A stretch of DNA of 64,000 bases, from the NCBI GenBank assembly GCA_045159875.1, contig CP067995.1, positions 1,216,001-1,280,000 of the forward strand, read 5' to 3'. A program made the position numbers and the translations under genes. Source of the stretch: a cyanobacterium endosymbiont of Rhopalodia gibba. Lineage in GTDB: Bacteria > Cyanobacteriota > Cyanobacteriia > Cyanobacteriales > Microcystaceae. Shown in pieces: positions 1 through 10,559 of the stretch. The notes below the pieces were generated by a model, which worked only from the letters and a program-made list of their open reading frames with translations, ran no database searches and had not been told where the DNA came from. How positions within the stretch are numbered: the stretch's first letter is position 1; every line of letters starts with the position of its first letter.

Positions 1-89
1 ATTCGTTAATTTTTAACTCCTAGGTTTTTCAACTTAGCATTCAACTAATTAGTTCCACATCATCAGTTCGGTATAACTAGAAATGTTGA

Positions 90-590
90 CTCTTAACGAT
101 TTAATCATTAACTTTTTTTAAAAAAATTCAATTCTAAGTTATAAAAATCGACAGATCCATGATCGAAATAGGGTCCGGCGTGCCAGGTTCCTATCACTCA
201 ATTAACAAAACAAAAACAATCACCCGGAATTCTAAAAGCTTTTAATTAAGTACTGTCAGGATAATCTTTTTTAGAGGAAGGGACAACTAACTGCTAATAA
301 CCATTATTTTCCTTCAAGAGACCCTAAACATTGGGTACAATGACTATCTATCATGAGTGACTTTAGAGAATTTATAACCCTGTTCATGTAATCACATAAT
401 ACAGATTCTAGGAAATTTCTTTTCTAGGCTTAATTGTGCATCAATTTTATCACAAAGGTTATCTCTTTCGGAAGGGATGATAATCTGTCCGTAGAGTTTA
501 AAAGTTTAAAAGCTGATTTGACAAATTTTGAGAAGTTTTAGACTATGAGTAGTTATTTGTAATTGGGTAATCTCGACTCATTACTACATC
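90..590 (-). pseudogene. Ureidoglycolate lyase (cyanobacterial type) pseudogene
   Basis: Minus-strand fragments FKLYGQIIIPSE..DAQLSLE, HCTQCLGSLEGK*WLLAV, AFRIPGDCF and IGTWHAGPYFDHGSVDFYNLEL match family motifs (CTQCLGSL, GTWHAGPYF); stops and frameshifts present; ends approximate. Confidence 0.8.
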
Positions 591-720
591 AGAAAAATAA
601 TTTTTAAACTTAACATTAGGGATAAATTATTCGTCAGTCAACTTCAACTTTAGAGATTATAAAGTATGGTAAAAACGTTAAAACATAGTTATCTATATTA
701 TATATATTTGAACTTAAGTT

Positions 721-1953
721 TTAAGATAAATGCTCAACTGAATAAACTCTTCCCTTCCAATGGCCTCCTTTTCCTCTCCAATGACGTAATGCAGAGTCCA
801 TGGTCATCAACAAATAGAAAAAGGAAATTGCGGGTAAACTAATTGACCATAATAACGAGGTTTTATATAATCGCAAAGTTGGTAAATAGGAAATACTCAT
901 TAATAGCCAGGTAATTCCTCCTAAACTAGTAATTAACCTATTGCCAACGACTAAACCCCAAATTAAACTAACCGGAGGGACAATATAAATTAAAGTTAGC
1001 CCTATAACAGTCCCTATGAGTAAAAGTGGAGAATAATTTAATTGGGTATAAGCAGTTCTAGCTACCATATCCCAAATAGTTTCTAGGGAATCATAAGGTC
1101 GTAAACTACAAGTTTTTTCACTCAATCCTAACCAAATGCCTTGAGGAGGATTCTCTGAAATGTCTTGTAGTTTTGATTTAACGGCTGCTGCCAGAGAACA
1201 ATCATCGATCAAAGCCTGACGAACAATTTCAAGTCCTCCCATCTGTTCTAAAATATCTTGACGAATTAAAATACAACCTCCTGCAGCGGCTGCCATTTTA
1301 TGATGAGGATCATTTACCCACAAAAAAGGATACAGTTTTTCAAAGAAGAAAACAAAAGCAGGAATTAAAAACTTTTCCCAAATACTTTGACAACGCAACC
1401 GAACCATTAAGGAGGTCAGGGCTAAGTTTTCTTGTTGAGATTTGCCTACTAACTCTCGTAGATTGGTTTGATGATGTTCAATATCAGCATCGGTGAAGAG
1501 AATATAATCTGGGTGTAAATTCTGTTCTTTGATATATTTAATTCCTTGTTCCATTGCCCATAATTTTCCTGACCATCCCGAGGATAAGAGCTCTCCAGAA
1601 ATAACAGTTAGCCGATCAGTTTTATTCAAAATTGTGGCTAATTTATAGGCAATTTCTGCAGTTCCATCATCACTTTGATCATCAACTAGAATGATTTTAA
1701 AATAACCTAAATAATCTTGATTGAGCAATGATTTTAAACTAACGGGTAAAACATCTGCTTCATTTCTAGCAGGGATCACTACACAAACAGACGGATAAGT
1801 AGTCAACGATATTTTCTCTGGATCTATTTTTTGATTAGATAACCAAAAATAACCTCTAAAGAGCAATAGATATAACCATATTATTAATGACAATATAGTA
1901 ATAATAGTTATTATCAAGGTGTTCTCCATGATTTTAATGAGTATGGCATTCAC
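721..1953 (-). CDS. hpnB: GT2 glycosyltransferase, hopene-associated HpnB-like
   Basis: VIPARNEA, DDQSDDGT, GWSGKLWA, FTDADI, AAAGGCILIR, ALIDDC, IWDMVARTAYTQL and C-terminal WKGRVY motifs. Confidence 0.75.
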   Translation of the reverse strand: MNAILIKIMENTLIITIITILSLIIWLYLLLFRGYFWLSNQKIDPEKISLTTYPSVCVVIPARNEADVLPVSLKSLLNQDYLGYFKIILVDDQSDDGTAEIAYKLATILNKTDRLTVISGELLSSGWSGKLWAMEQGIKYIKEQNLHPDYILFTDADIEHHQTNLRELVGKSQQENLALTSLMVRLRCQSIWEKFLIPAFVFFFEKLYPFLWVNDPHHKMAAAAGGCILIRQDILEQMGGLEIVRQALIDDCSLAAAVKSKLQDISENPPQGIWLGLSEKTCSLRPYDSLETIWDMVARTAYTQLNYSPLLLIGTVIGLTLIYIVPPVSLIWGLVVGNRLITSLGGITWLLMSISYLPTLRLYKTSLLWSISLPAISFFYLLMTMDSALRHWRGKGGHWKGRVYSVEHLS

Positions 1954-2004
1954 ATTTTAGTTTTGTAAGAAACTCTTTTAGTTTCTGGAAAAAGTGAACA
2001 GTGT

Positions 2005-2781
2005 TCAAAGAATCAATTGAGCTTGGGAATTAAAAAATTTACGATAAACTCCTTCTGTAACTAAAATAGCAGTTAATAAATTACTAAAAACAATCATAAA
2101 TAGAATCAAAATTTGATAGGAAGCAGCATTTAAGGGCTCAATTCCAGCTAAAACTTGTCCGGTAAACATCCCAGGTAAACTGACGATTCCTACTACCATC
2201 ATTTGATTTAAAGTTGGAATTAATCCAATGCGAATAGCCTCTTTACGATAAGAAGCTATAGCCTGTTTCGGTGTTGCTCCCAAACACAGATAAGTTTCCA
2301 CTTCTAAGCGATTTTGAGAAATCATACTTCCTAATCTTTCCCCAGTCAAAGAAGCACTATTCATGGCATTTCCCAAAATCATACCGGTTAAAGGAATTAA
2401 ATACTGGGGGGAGTACCAAACATCGGGTCGAATAATAACAATTAAAGAATAACTTAGAGTTAATGAACTACTCACCAGCAATGCTCCCAAAACAACCGGG
2501 AATAAGCTGTCTTTTCGATGATTAATACGGTTATTAGCTGCCCTGGCGGCAATGGTTAACATAATCCCTAAAATTCCTAGAACAGCGACGGGATTATCCA
2601 ACTCAAATATGATTAATAAAACCGAACTCACTACTAGTAACTGTAGAAGTGATCTCCCCGCGGCTAAGATAAATTGTCCTTCTAACTCTAGTTTTTGCCA
2701 ATTTGACAAGACTATAGCCATAGTAATAATGCCAGATGACCATATCAAGTCCATTGTATCTAGTGTAATGAAATCATCCAC
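2005..2781 (-). CDS. UPF0014/FetB-family ABC transporter permease
   Basis: PQYLIPLTGMILGNAMN, LGATPKQA, VGIVSLPGMFTGQVLAG and AASYQILI motifs. Confidence 0.85.
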   Translation of the reverse strand: MDDFITLDTMDLIWSSGIITMAIVLSNWQKLELEGQFILAAGRSLLQLLVVSSVLLIIFELDNPVAVLGILGIMLTIAARAANNRINHRKDSLFPVVLGALLVSSSLTLSYSLIVIIRPDVWYSPQYLIPLTGMILGNAMNSASLTGERLGSMISQNRLEVETYLCLGATPKQAIASYRKEAIRIGLIPTLNQMMVVGIVSLPGMFTGQVLAGIEPLNAASYQILILFMIVFSNLLTAILVTEGVYRKFFNSQAQLIL

Positions 2782-2811
2782 AATAAACTGACTCCAATAT
2801 TGTTGAAGAAA

Positions 2812-3393
2812 TTAACTATAGTAGGAGGGTTCATTCCCAGGTTTCCATTTAATGCTACAACCCAGACTGGGTTTTTGGTCATTGTTAACTGTTTTTTTAT
2901 CTAAAATAGCTTCTATTGCCGCTCTTAAATCTTTACCCGTGACGGGGATATCATTCCCTGGACGACTATCATCTAACTGTCCCCTATAAGCTAACTTAAA
3001 GTTCCTATCAAAAAGGAAAAAATCAGGTGTACAAGCGGCAGTATAAGCTTTAGTTGTTTCTTGACTTTCATCATAACAAAAAGGAAAATTAAATCTTAAT
3101 TGTTGAGCCATCGCTTTAAGATTTTCAGGAGAATCATCAGGATAGTTAGAGACATCATTAGCACTAATAGCGACAATTCCTAACCCTTGTTTAACATAAT
3201 CTTCGCCTAATTTAACTAGTTCATTTTGAACGTGCTTAACAAAGGGACAATGCTGACAAATAACCATGACTAGGAGGGCTTTTTTGTCAGCAAAGGTACC
3301 CAAAGAAATAGGTTTTTCCGATACTACGTCAGGTAATTGAAAATCGGGGGCTTTTGTGCCGAGTGGTAACATCCTTGAATGGGTTCTTGCCAT
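2812..3393 (-). CDS. Thioredoxin-fold AhpC/TSA-like protein
   Basis: CQHCPFV, ISANDVSNYPDDSPE, AACTPDFFLFD, YRGQLDDSRP, GCSIKWK. Confidence 0.85.
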   Translation of the reverse strand: MARTHSRMLPLGTKAPDFQLPDVVSEKPISLGTFADKKALLVMVICQHCPFVKHVQNELVKLGEDYVKQGLGIVAISANDVSNYPDDSPENLKAMAQQLRFNFPFCYDESQETTKAYTAACTPDFFLFDRNFKLAYRGQLDDSRPGNDIPVTGKDLRAAIEAILDKKTVNNDQKPSLGCSIKWKPGNEPSYYS

Positions 3394-3427
3394 AATCTTA
3401 ACTCCTTAGCTTTAGGTTAAAGCTAGT

Positions 3428-4549
3428 TTACAGTCCCTCTAGTAATTTATCAACTTGCTCAACCCCTTTGGTATTATCTTGCTTTTCATATAGTTGGCGA
3501 GCTTGTTTCAAGGCTTCTTTTGCTTCTCTTTTCCTTTTGCGTTCTTTATAAGCTAAGCCAAGATAATAATACGGTTCAGGAGTTTCTGGTAGCATACCAA
3601 TCAATTCTCGATAGGTAATAACAGCCCCTAAATAATCTTCTGTTGCTAACTGAATTCTTCCTACTCCAGCACGAGCTTCTGTTAAACGAGGATATAAGTA
3701 TGTAATACGTTTATAGGTTTTGAGAGCGTGCTCGAGTTTATCTTGTTGTTCTAACAGTCTACCAATTTTCAACTGGATTTTAACTATTCCTGGAGCAAGT
3801 TTTTCAGCAACTTTCAACTCTTTAAATGCCTGTTCAACCTCTTCTTTTTCTAATAAAGCTGTTGCAAATAATAACCTTAAATCACTATTATGAGGGAATC
3901 TTTTCACGGCATTATCAAGATACTTAATCGCCTCATCAATTTGCTTTTGTTGAATCAAAGAAGATCCCATGATGTTAAAAGCTTCTGGATTATTGGGATT
4001 AAGGGCAATAACTCGTTTATAAGCTTGTGCTGCTCCTTCATAGTCATTTTGACGCAACAATACAACTCCTAGACCAATATAATTTTTGGCTACTTCGGGA
4101 GTAAGTTGAATGGCATAATAATAAGCTGATGCGGCGTTAGCATTATCATTAATGTTAGCTAAGCTAAATCCTAGGGCATAGTAGAATTCCGCATTATCGG
4201 AATCAAGAGTTACAGCTTGTTGATAAGCTTTAACAGCTTGTCTATAATTTCCTTTTTTTGCGTATAAAAAGCCAATTCCTGAAAAAATTCGTGGATTCTT
4301 TCTGTCGAGAATTGCCGCTTTTTCATAAACCACAATAGCATTGTTATAATCTTTGGCATCTACATATTCTCGACCTAAACGAAGTAGCTCTTTTAGCTGA
4401 TTACTTTGAGATGATTGCTGGACAAAAAATTGGGGGGACAAGGGATTTGCGATGGCTGGAGAAATTAGGCCACTCACTAATACACTTATCATCCAGGGTA
4501 AGGTTGTCTTGGAAAACATAGTGTTGGAACTTTTGTGACAATTATCCAC
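3428..4549 (-). CDS. Tetratricopeptide-repeat protein with signal-peptide-like N-terminus
   Basis: Repeated TPR-like units (AEFYYALG, NYIGLGVVL, PYYYLGLAY); the true start may lie slightly downstream of the ORF start. Confidence 0.85.
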   Translation of the reverse strand: MDNCHKSSNTMFSKTTLPWMISVLVSGLISPAIANPLSPQFFVQQSSQSNQLKELLRLGREYVDAKDYNNAIVVYEKAAILDRKNPRIFSGIGFLYAKKGNYRQAVKAYQQAVTLDSDNAEFYYALGFSLANINDNANAASAYYYAIQLTPEVAKNYIGLGVVLLRQNDYEGAAQAYKRVIALNPNNPEAFNIMGSSLIQQKQIDEAIKYLDNAVKRFPHNSDLRLLFATALLEKEEVEQAFKELKVAEKLAPGIVKIQLKIGRLLEQQDKLEHALKTYKRITYLYPRLTEARAGVGRIQLATEDYLGAVITYRELIGMLPETPEPYYYLGLAYKERKRKREAKEALKQARQLYEKQDNTKGVEQVDKLLEGL

Positions 4550-4684
4550 GAATCTTTAACCGTAAACTATACTAACCTACTTGCTTGATGATTCAGTATT
4601 TATCAAAACGCTTGTCAATTAATACAGTCAGGTTAGATTGAGGCGATTCCCCTATCTCGTACAATTGGTAAAGTTTCTGAAAAC

Positions 4685-5240
4685 TTACCCTGATACTTAT
4701 TTTAAGTACTCTAAAAGCAATAAAGCATTTTCATGGCGGGAGTTGTAACCCATTAACCTAATAGTTCAGGTTTCTGCATTTACTAAAGTTAAAATCGCAA
4801 GACCATAGCTTTATAACCTCTATTTTAATTTTTCCAAACTAAAGACTTTTCTCAAAAGTTTAGTAGGTTTATGAAATTCTCTCCCGTAGCAACTAGCCAT
4901 ATCTACTAAGCAATGACTAAGACATTCTATGACGCATACTAAAACCTTATCTTTAGGTTCAACTACCTTGACTAAGGTTGTTTGTGTCCTCGTGATCCTC
5001 CTTCTATTCACAGAAATAGTTAGAAAATGATTAGTTTGCTACACGTAGCGCAACAGAGTTTATATTTTGTCTATTAATTGAAGATAGAATCAGTCGAGTT
5101 ACCGGTAGGAGAAAAACTCATGGCTGCGAGGAGACTATGGTTTGTATTGAAGAGGACAGGGACTGATAAAAGACAGAAAGAAAAGTTAAAAGATTAGAGT
5201 AGGGAAGAAATAAGAATGTTCACGGCAATCTTATAAATCT
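4685..5240 (-). pseudogene. Alanine/serine:glyoxylate aminotransferase (class V PLP) pseudogene with large internal deletion
   Basis: LLAAMS, YLQLIDKI*TLLRYV*QTNHFLTISV, VVEPKDKVLV..HCLVDMA, then ILTLVNAET* runs directly into C-terminal IRLMGYNSRHENALLLLE; includes track ORF 4820..5011. Confidence 0.8.
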
Positions 5241-5380
5241 TGATATTATCTCAACTTGAGGAAAAAGTTTATTTTACTTAAATGATGATGTTTTTTAACG
5301 ACAAAGTTAAGAAATAAAACATTTGGGGGCTTACTTGAATTTTTTAAGTCGTGTTTTACAAATCGCTAAATGTAAGTTGC

Positions 5381-5427
5381 AATCATTATACACCTTAATA
5401 TTTTTTTTATTAAGGTGTATGATGATT
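5381..5427. repeat. 20-bp inverted repeat with one mismatch followed by a T run; possible terminator
   Basis: aatcattatacaccttaata ... tattaaggtgtatgatgatt. Confidence 0.7.
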
Positions 5428-5884
5428 TTTTTTGTACACATCGGTAGACTTGGTAACTTTGTTTTTCAATCAGTAGAGTAAATTTCTTGATAAGAACATA
5501 AATTTTTGGCAGACTAACTTAACAACTTTTCTATTTTTTCTTGCTTAAGTAAGTTTAAAAAAACGCGATGTAATCAATAAAAATATTTGAATATTTATAT
5601 ATAATTAGAAAAAAAATATATCTATATAAAACCTTGGTAAGGTTACCAAGATACATACAAGATAATTTGTGTTTATATCTGTATAAATAGTATTAACTAT
5701 CTATACAGATATTGAGTATTAAAGTCTTTAAAGTGTTACTAAATTTAAAAACTATAATGAATAAGTTTTATGGGCTTATTAAGCCAATGAAATAGCTACT
5801 AAAAAGTAAATATAAGTTTTATTTTACTTTCGCTATTAACATTAAATTTCACTAAATATAACTTGAATACTATCCCAGTAAATT

Positions 5885-6540
5885 ACAGAAAATCTAACCG
5901 ATGATTACGAGTGAAATCTTTAATTTCTTCTTTCATTTAACTGAGGATATTACACTAATTTAGTAAGACCTTGTATTCTATCAATTCTTTGAAAAACCTC
6001 ATGGACTCAAGGCTCATCTACTAAAGTCCATAATCTTCCTGCTAACTCTAATTTTAAAGAGTAAGTTGGCAAATGTTCCTTAGTAATGTATTTAGTCTTT
6101 TTTTTACCATTATGCAGTCTGACCTTATGTTATTTTATCTTAATCAAATTTTTTTACAGACAGTCTTACCTTTTTAGAAAAATGTTTACTAATTAAATTC
6201 AGCTACTTTGTATCCACTTTTGGAATGTGATTCTATACAGGTCGTTCCGTTAGTAGTTTGAAAATTTCATAGACATAATAGACATATAATTATTCACAGT
6301 CCTGTCTTACTATTATAGCAGTTGGTCTTTCCAAAATTCTAATCCTAACTTTTTTTTCTCTCTCCAATGAGCTATTATTCATAATATTTTTACTATAAAT
6401 AAAAAATATTGCTACAGCGAGCGCACTTACAATACACTTTTAAAAGTAAATGCTATTTTCTTTGTTTTACAGATTTTTAGTCCCTCGTATATTAGTTTTA
6501 ATAAACTAATATACTGGACAAAATAAGGGGTTTATTCTTA
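5885..6540 (-). mobile_element. Degenerate IS630-family transposase relic (copy 1, internally deleted)
   Basis: RK*HLLLK, ERPTAII..E*LYV, HIPKVDTK*LNL, HLPTYSLKLELAGRLWTLVDEP and MKEEIKDFTRNHRL correspond to IS630 motifs (LP.YSPELQPAERLW.LVDEP). Confidence 0.7.
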
Positions 6541-6936
6541 TCACATTTATCTAAATTACTCTGGATTATTATAAGTTAATTGTAATAACTAAATTTAGTT
6601 TTACTTTAAATAAATTATTTGAAGCAATATAAATCATCCTCTGATTGTTTGAATACAAATATACAAAATTATTTTGATTATTAATGTTTATTTATGACTG
6701 TCTATTTAGAGTAGTAGTTTTGAGACTGGTAAAATACATAAGTTTCTGATTTTAAGTAGATTTTTGTATATTATTGAATGAGTTTAAGTCAGAAAATGTT
6801 TCTGACGCAAACAGTATATGGCAATAAATCCAAGGTAATTTAAACTAATAATTTTTAGTGTTTATTCTCCTGTACTTCTGGTACTTTATCTCAACTTCTT
6901 CGGGAGTTTTTATGACTATATTTGGTAGAATTGAAG

Positions 6937-7320
6937 TTATTTTACACCACTACAAACCCATTTTCGTAAAGGATGACTCGGTTTAAGTTGCTGAATTTTT
7001 TTAAGCTGATTTTTAAGACGAACTTTTTCCCTGGGAGAAAGACCACGAATAATATGGCTACTATGCAAAGTCAAAACAGCTCCAGTGATTGCAGTACAAA
7101 AAAATAAACTAAACGCAGGAAGTAAATTAAAGGCCAATCCATAACGTAGTGCAACCCAAGTAAAATGTTCATGCCATAACTCAAATTCTTCCCATAATTT
7201 CCAAAGAGAAAAAGAACCCAGGGTTAACCAACATAAAATAATAAATAACCAGCGACGACAAAGATTAAGTTGATATAAACGTTGAACTTGTTTATTGAGT
7301 ATAGTATCGGAATGTTTCAT
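6937..7320 (-). CDS. Conserved cyanobacterial membrane protein of unknown function
   Basis: 127 aa with two hydrophobic segments, HFTWVALRYGL motif; 4-nt overlap with the upstream ABC ATPase gene. Confidence 0.75.
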   Translation of the reverse strand: MKHSDTILNKQVQRLYQLNLCRRWLFIILCWLTLGSFSLWKLWEEFELWHEHFTWVALRYGLAFNLLPAFSLFFCTAITGAVLTLHSSHIIRGLSPREKVRLKNQLKKIQQLKPSHPLRKWVCSGVK

Positions 7321-7976
7321 TGACTTTCTTGGGACTTAAACATAGCAGTATCCAATGATACTAGGTGTCCTTGGTGAATCTTCCAACAACGATCAGCGAT
7401 CGTAAATAACTCTCCTGGATCATGACTTACAACTAACAAAGTCCAGTGTCCTTTCAGTTTAGATAACAACTTAGCTAACTGATGGCGCATAGACCAATCT
7501 AACCCAGCCGTGGGCTCATCTAAGAGCAGTAAATTGGGTTGACGAATTAGCTGCACGGCTAAGGCTAGCCTACGTTGTTGTCCACCACTGAGGGCATGGG
7601 GAGACTGATTTAAGGGAATATGTTCTAATCCTACTTCTTGTAAAGCAGTTTTGATGCGATCAGAAAGAATTTCTGGATGTCCTAAACGTAATTCTTCTAA
7701 GATGGTGCTACCACAAAAATACCGTTGAGGAAACTGAAAGACCAACCCTCCTAATTGTTGCAATTCTAGAGATGTAAGTTCTTGATCTCTCCAGAAAATT
7801 TTCCCTTCGGTTTTTTCAGCCAACCCAGCTATTATTTCTAATAATGTTGTTTTTCCTGAACCACTCGGACCAATAATCAAACCTAATTCTTGAGGAGCAA
7901 GTTCTAGGTTAGCCTCCTTCAGAATAGGGTTCAGGGTTGCTGGGGGATGATAAACTACATTTTTAAGATAGAGCAT
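7317..7976 (-). CDS. ABC transporter ATP-binding protein (EcfA/CbiO-like)
   Basis: Walker A GPSGSGKT, VFQFP, LSGGQQRR signature, LLLDEPTAGLD, VSHD. Confidence 0.9.
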   Translation of the reverse strand: MLYLKNVVYHPPATLNPILKEANLELAPQELGLIIGPSGSGKTTLLEIIAGLAEKTEGKIFWRDQELTSLELQQLGGLVFQFPQRYFCGSTILEELRLGHPEILSDRIKTALQEVGLEHIPLNQSPHALSGGQQRRLALAVQLIRQPNLLLLDEPTAGLDWSMRHQLAKLLSKLKGHWTLLVVSHDPGELFTIADRCWKIHQGHLVSLDTAMFKSQESQ

Positions 7977-8113
7977 TCAAACAGCAAAGTATAAACTTAT
8001 AGTAAAGACAATTAGAAATTATTCTTTTATTTTGACAGATTTTTGCTAGCATCAATATCAATACTCAGTGTCTATCACTAAAATTATAGTTTTGTGTTGT
8101 TAGGAGTGAGGCT

Positions 8114-9028
8114 ATGATAGCGCGATTCATTAGAGTTCAACAGATGTCTCTGTCTATATCAGTGGCCTCTGCGGTTGTCTTGAGTATTTTGGAAAGTCCT
8201 TCTTTAGCTGGCGACCCCTTTCGTAAGGATAATCCTCGTAACATCGGCGGTCAAACAGAAGCAGCTTTTATCGCTGTATTTCATGAGGGAAACTATTCTA
8301 AAGCTCAACTCCATCTCAAAGAAGCGGTTGAGACAGAAGCCAATGAACCCTTAGCTCATGCTATGCGGGCATCGTTAGCTTATTCTGATGGAGATTTAGG
8401 GTCGATGAATACTTATGCCCAACAGACGTTAAAAGCTGCTCAAGAACTGCTCAAGAAAGATCCCTTACGAGGAAATCTTTATTTAGCTGTGGGACATTTT
8501 CTCGAAGGAGCTCATACGTTTAAAACAAAAGGGGCTATTGGAGCCGTCAATAAACTTCCCCAGGTGTTTAGTTATCTTGATGAGGCAGAAAAAAAAGCCC
8601 CGAATGATCCTGAATTAAATTTACTTAAAGGCTATCTTGACTTAATTCTAGCTGTTAATTTACCTTTTTCTAGTCCCGAAGATGCGATCACTCGTTTTGA
8701 ACGATATGCAGCCCCTGATTATATGGTCAGTCGAGCCTTATCTGCTGCCTATCGAGATTTAAAAGACTATGATAAGGCTCTAGAATCTATTGATCGAGCA
8801 TTAGAAAGTAATACTAAAAACCCTGAAGTTCAGTATCTTAAAGGTCAAATTCTTCTTAATATTGGTATCAAAAATCAAAATTCAGAGAATCTTCAAGAGG
8901 CTTTTACCTATTTTGAACAGGCAATGATTAAGGTAGAACAATTGCCGATTTCTGTGCAAATTTCTCTGCGTCACGATTACAATAAGGTACAACTGGAAAT
9001 GGATAAACTAGCGACTAAACCAAATTGA
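8114..9028 (+). CDS. Exported TPR-containing protein (Sll0314/Alr1548-like)
   Basis: Signal peptide followed by AGDPFR, DPLRGNLYLAVGHFLEG, DPELNLLKGYLDLILAVNLPFS. Confidence 0.75.
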   Translation: MIARFIRVQQMSLSISVASAVVLSILESPSLAGDPFRKDNPRNIGGQTEAAFIAVFHEGNYSKAQLHLKEAVETEANEPLAHAMRASLAYSDGDLGSMNTYAQQTLKAAQELLKKDPLRGNLYLAVGHFLEGAHTFKTKGAIGAVNKLPQVFSYLDEAEKKAPNDPELNLLKGYLDLILAVNLPFSSPEDAITRFERYAAPDYMVSRALSAAYRDLKDYDKALESIDRALESNTKNPEVQYLKGQILLNIGIKNQNSENLQEAFTYFEQAMIKVEQLPISVQISLRHDYNKVQLEMDKLATKPN

Positions 9029-9640
9029 TGACAGGCTTTTTTATATTATCAAAAATCAATCACCTTTTCTTGTTAGTGGAAGTGGTAGCGACCACAGCTT
9101 TAAGTTTGGCGTTTATCAGACTAGCAGAGCATCTTTGCCCCAAGGGTTTACTGACCCTACCCTTCCAAATCTGAACAATATCCAGGTTATCGCTACGCCA
9201 TTTGTCGCTACTAACGAACATTATCTGAAGCAGCCAATTGCGAGTTTTACTATTTTTATCAGTAGACTAGTACTGATAAAGTTTTTATGACCAATCAAGT
9301 GAAAGCCTATTATACCTAACAGTATCTTGAAAGGTAGGGGAACCTCGATTGACACTAGGTGTCTTTTCTGTACCGCACTATTTAGGTATCAGTCCCTCAA
9401 AAATTGCCCAAAATATTGAGGTAGAAGATATACCTCCAACGATAGTGGTTAATATTGGGCTACAAGGAGATTCTAGTTACCAGAGTTTTCAGAAAAATCT
9501 GAAACGATTAACCGACTAGTTACAACAACATCAGTAATGTAAAGTTGTTGGCACTTCGTCTTTTTTTCTATGACGACCCTTACATACCTGATGCAGTTAA
9601 ACGCGGTGACATTTAGATTTTCATTAAATTAGAAGAATTT
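9028..9640 (+). pseudogene. SOUL haem-binding protein pseudogene
   Basis: LPQGFTDPT, EQYPGYRYA, LSEAAN, VFMTNQV, IEVEDIPPTIVVNIGLQG, YDDPYIPDAVKRGDI; several stops and frameshifts. Confidence 0.7.
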
Positions 9641-9734
9641 TAAATTTATTGGCACTTATTTACATGATCACCCATCATTGTCATTACTGATGATCTCGTT
9701 TAACGGATCAATTAGCAACTAATCACCGAATTTA

Positions 9735-10559
9735 TTGATAACTGTGAAAGTTTTTATTTTACTTACTTGTCTAGCATTCACTCAGGTTGCTGGAGATATA
9801 TTACTCAGTCTGGGGATGAAGAATTTTGGAATTTTTGAGTTCTCCAACCCCTTAATCATACCTCACCTAATTAGTTACATTTTAACTAATATTTGGATTA
9901 TTTTAGGCATTACCGTTCTAATTATTTCATTGGGTCTTTATTTAACGGCAATTTCTAATCTAGATCTGAGTTATGTATTACCTATTCACGCATCAAGTTA
10001 TGTTTTGAATGGTGTATTTGCTTGGTTACTTCTGGACGAGAAAATTTCTATAATACGATGGTCGAGTACTTTATTAATTGCTTTTGGTGCGTTTTTTGTT
10101 GGGTTAAGTGATAGTCAAACTGCTCAGGTTTCTCATAATAGAAATATAACACCCCAAAATTTTCCTTTATTTTTATTCCCATTAAATGCAGTAATTTCTA
10201 AATCTTGGTTAGTAGTTTTAGGAATTTCTTTATCAGATTCCGCAGGAGATTTGCTGTTAGCACTGGGAATGAAAAAAATAGGTAAATTAGAAAATTTGAC
10301 TTTTCAATCTATGGTTAAGTTAGTGATTAAAATTATTACTAATCCTATGATTATTAGTGGTATTGCCTGTCAGGGAATTGCATTTTTTTGTTTTATAATT
10401 GTGTTGACTTGGTTGGATATTAGTTTTGTTCGTCCGGCAACAGCTTTGACTTATCTTATAAGTATGTTTGGAGCTAAATACATTTTACAAGAAGATATTA
10501 AAGAACGTAAACTAATTGGCATTACTCTAATTGGGTTAGGGATATTAGTACATAGCTAA
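9735..10559 (+). CDS. EamA/DMT-superfamily transporter with two repeats
   Basis: Duplicated GDILLSLGMK / GDLLLALGMK and DLSYVLP / DISFVRP halves; highly hydrophobic. Confidence 0.8.
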   Translation: MITVKVFILLTCLAFTQVAGDILLSLGMKNFGIFEFSNPLIIPHLISYILTNIWIILGITVLIISLGLYLTAISNLDLSYVLPIHASSYVLNGVFAWLLLDEKISIIRWSSTLLIAFGAFFVGLSDSQTAQVSHNRNITPQNFPLFLFPLNAVISKSWLVVLGISLSDSAGDLLLALGMKKIGKLENLTFQSMVKLVIKIITNPMIISGIACQGIAFFCFIIVLTWLDISFVRPATALTYLISMFGAKYILQEDIKERKLIGITLIGLGILVHS

